Made by a program: the position numbers and the translations under genes. A DNA stretch of 63,640 nt, the filler included, from Intoshia linei (taxonomy: Eukaryota; Animalia; Orthonectida): the NCBI GenBank assembly GCA_001642005.1. It is 5 parts of 5 records of this genome, joined end to end, with 100 filler letters (N's around TTAATTAATTAA, not from the genome) between each part and the next. Parts side by side here need not be neighbours in the genome. Positions count along the whole stretch, not along the records: positions 61,195 to 63,640 come from LWCA01002307.1; 4 more parts are not named here. One strand, written 5' to 3'. Below, piece after piece: positions 63,220-63,640 of this stretch. The notes beneath the pieces are model-generated. The model searched no databases and was not told the DNA's origin. It saw only the letters and a list, made by a program, of their open reading frames with translations. Within the stretch, counting starts at the first letter, position 1, and each line of letters begins with the position of its first letter.

Positions 63220-63640
63220 GTAATATATATGTTCAACGCTGAACCTACCGTACCTCTTATAGGGCCTCAACGAAATTTTTGTAAAATGGACATTATTTTT
63301 CATAATTGAATTGTAAAAAAAATATTCTTGAATATCATGATTACCATTATGTGTCTCAAATTTAAAATGTCAAGTCAATAACCATTTAGAGGTGGTTAGT
63401 GGTTATATAACATTATGCATTGTTTGTGAAATTTTCTTAGTGGTTATTTTTGATGAACTCAATCAGTGGCGACTCTGGCTAATCGAGATCACTCGGGCTA
63501 AAATTTTTATGACAACCACACATTTTTTTTTGAATTAACATAATTAAGATATAAATAATTATTTAAAATTTTAGATGTAACCGCTGTATAAATTTAATCT
63601 ATAGATTTATTTACTAGGCAAATTTAAATATGCCAGAGTT

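Overview
This is very AT-rich eukaryotic (metazoan) genomic DNA, with four N-TTAATTAATTAA-N scaffold spacers. I could reconstruct seven spliced host genes by hand: flotillin-1 (3' part), Rab5, a MATE/SLC47 transporter (C-terminal half), an ORP5/8-type oxysterol-binding protein, a PLAC8/cornifelin protein, CNOT10 and a GST-kappa (5' part). Host introns are either tiny (33-100 nt) or kb-sized and filled with decayed transposons (piggyBac, hAT, Tc1/mariner, pogo/Tigger, Ty3/gypsy, LINE, MITEs, foldbacks). The divergent proteins and tiny introns suggest a fast-evolving small invertebrate; an orthonectid-like animal is only a guess. Three signals stand out. (1) A picorna-like RNA virus capsid fragment (VP3 end plus VP1) is fused directly to a gypsy reverse transcriptase at a GATTATC tandem junction (42327-42932). 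(2) A probable alphavirus-supergroup capping methyltransferase fragment lies at 6783-7483. (3) Large introns are patchworks of unrelated TE, viral and orphan coding fragments, and all 14 identifiable ones are antisense to the host transcript, whereas intergenic TEs lie in both orientations. Together these suggest, but do not prove, intron-embedded antisense 'memory' loci similar to piRNA/siRNA clusters that capture RNA virus sequence via LTR retrotransposons. All family assignments come from motif recognition by eye; no database searches were run.
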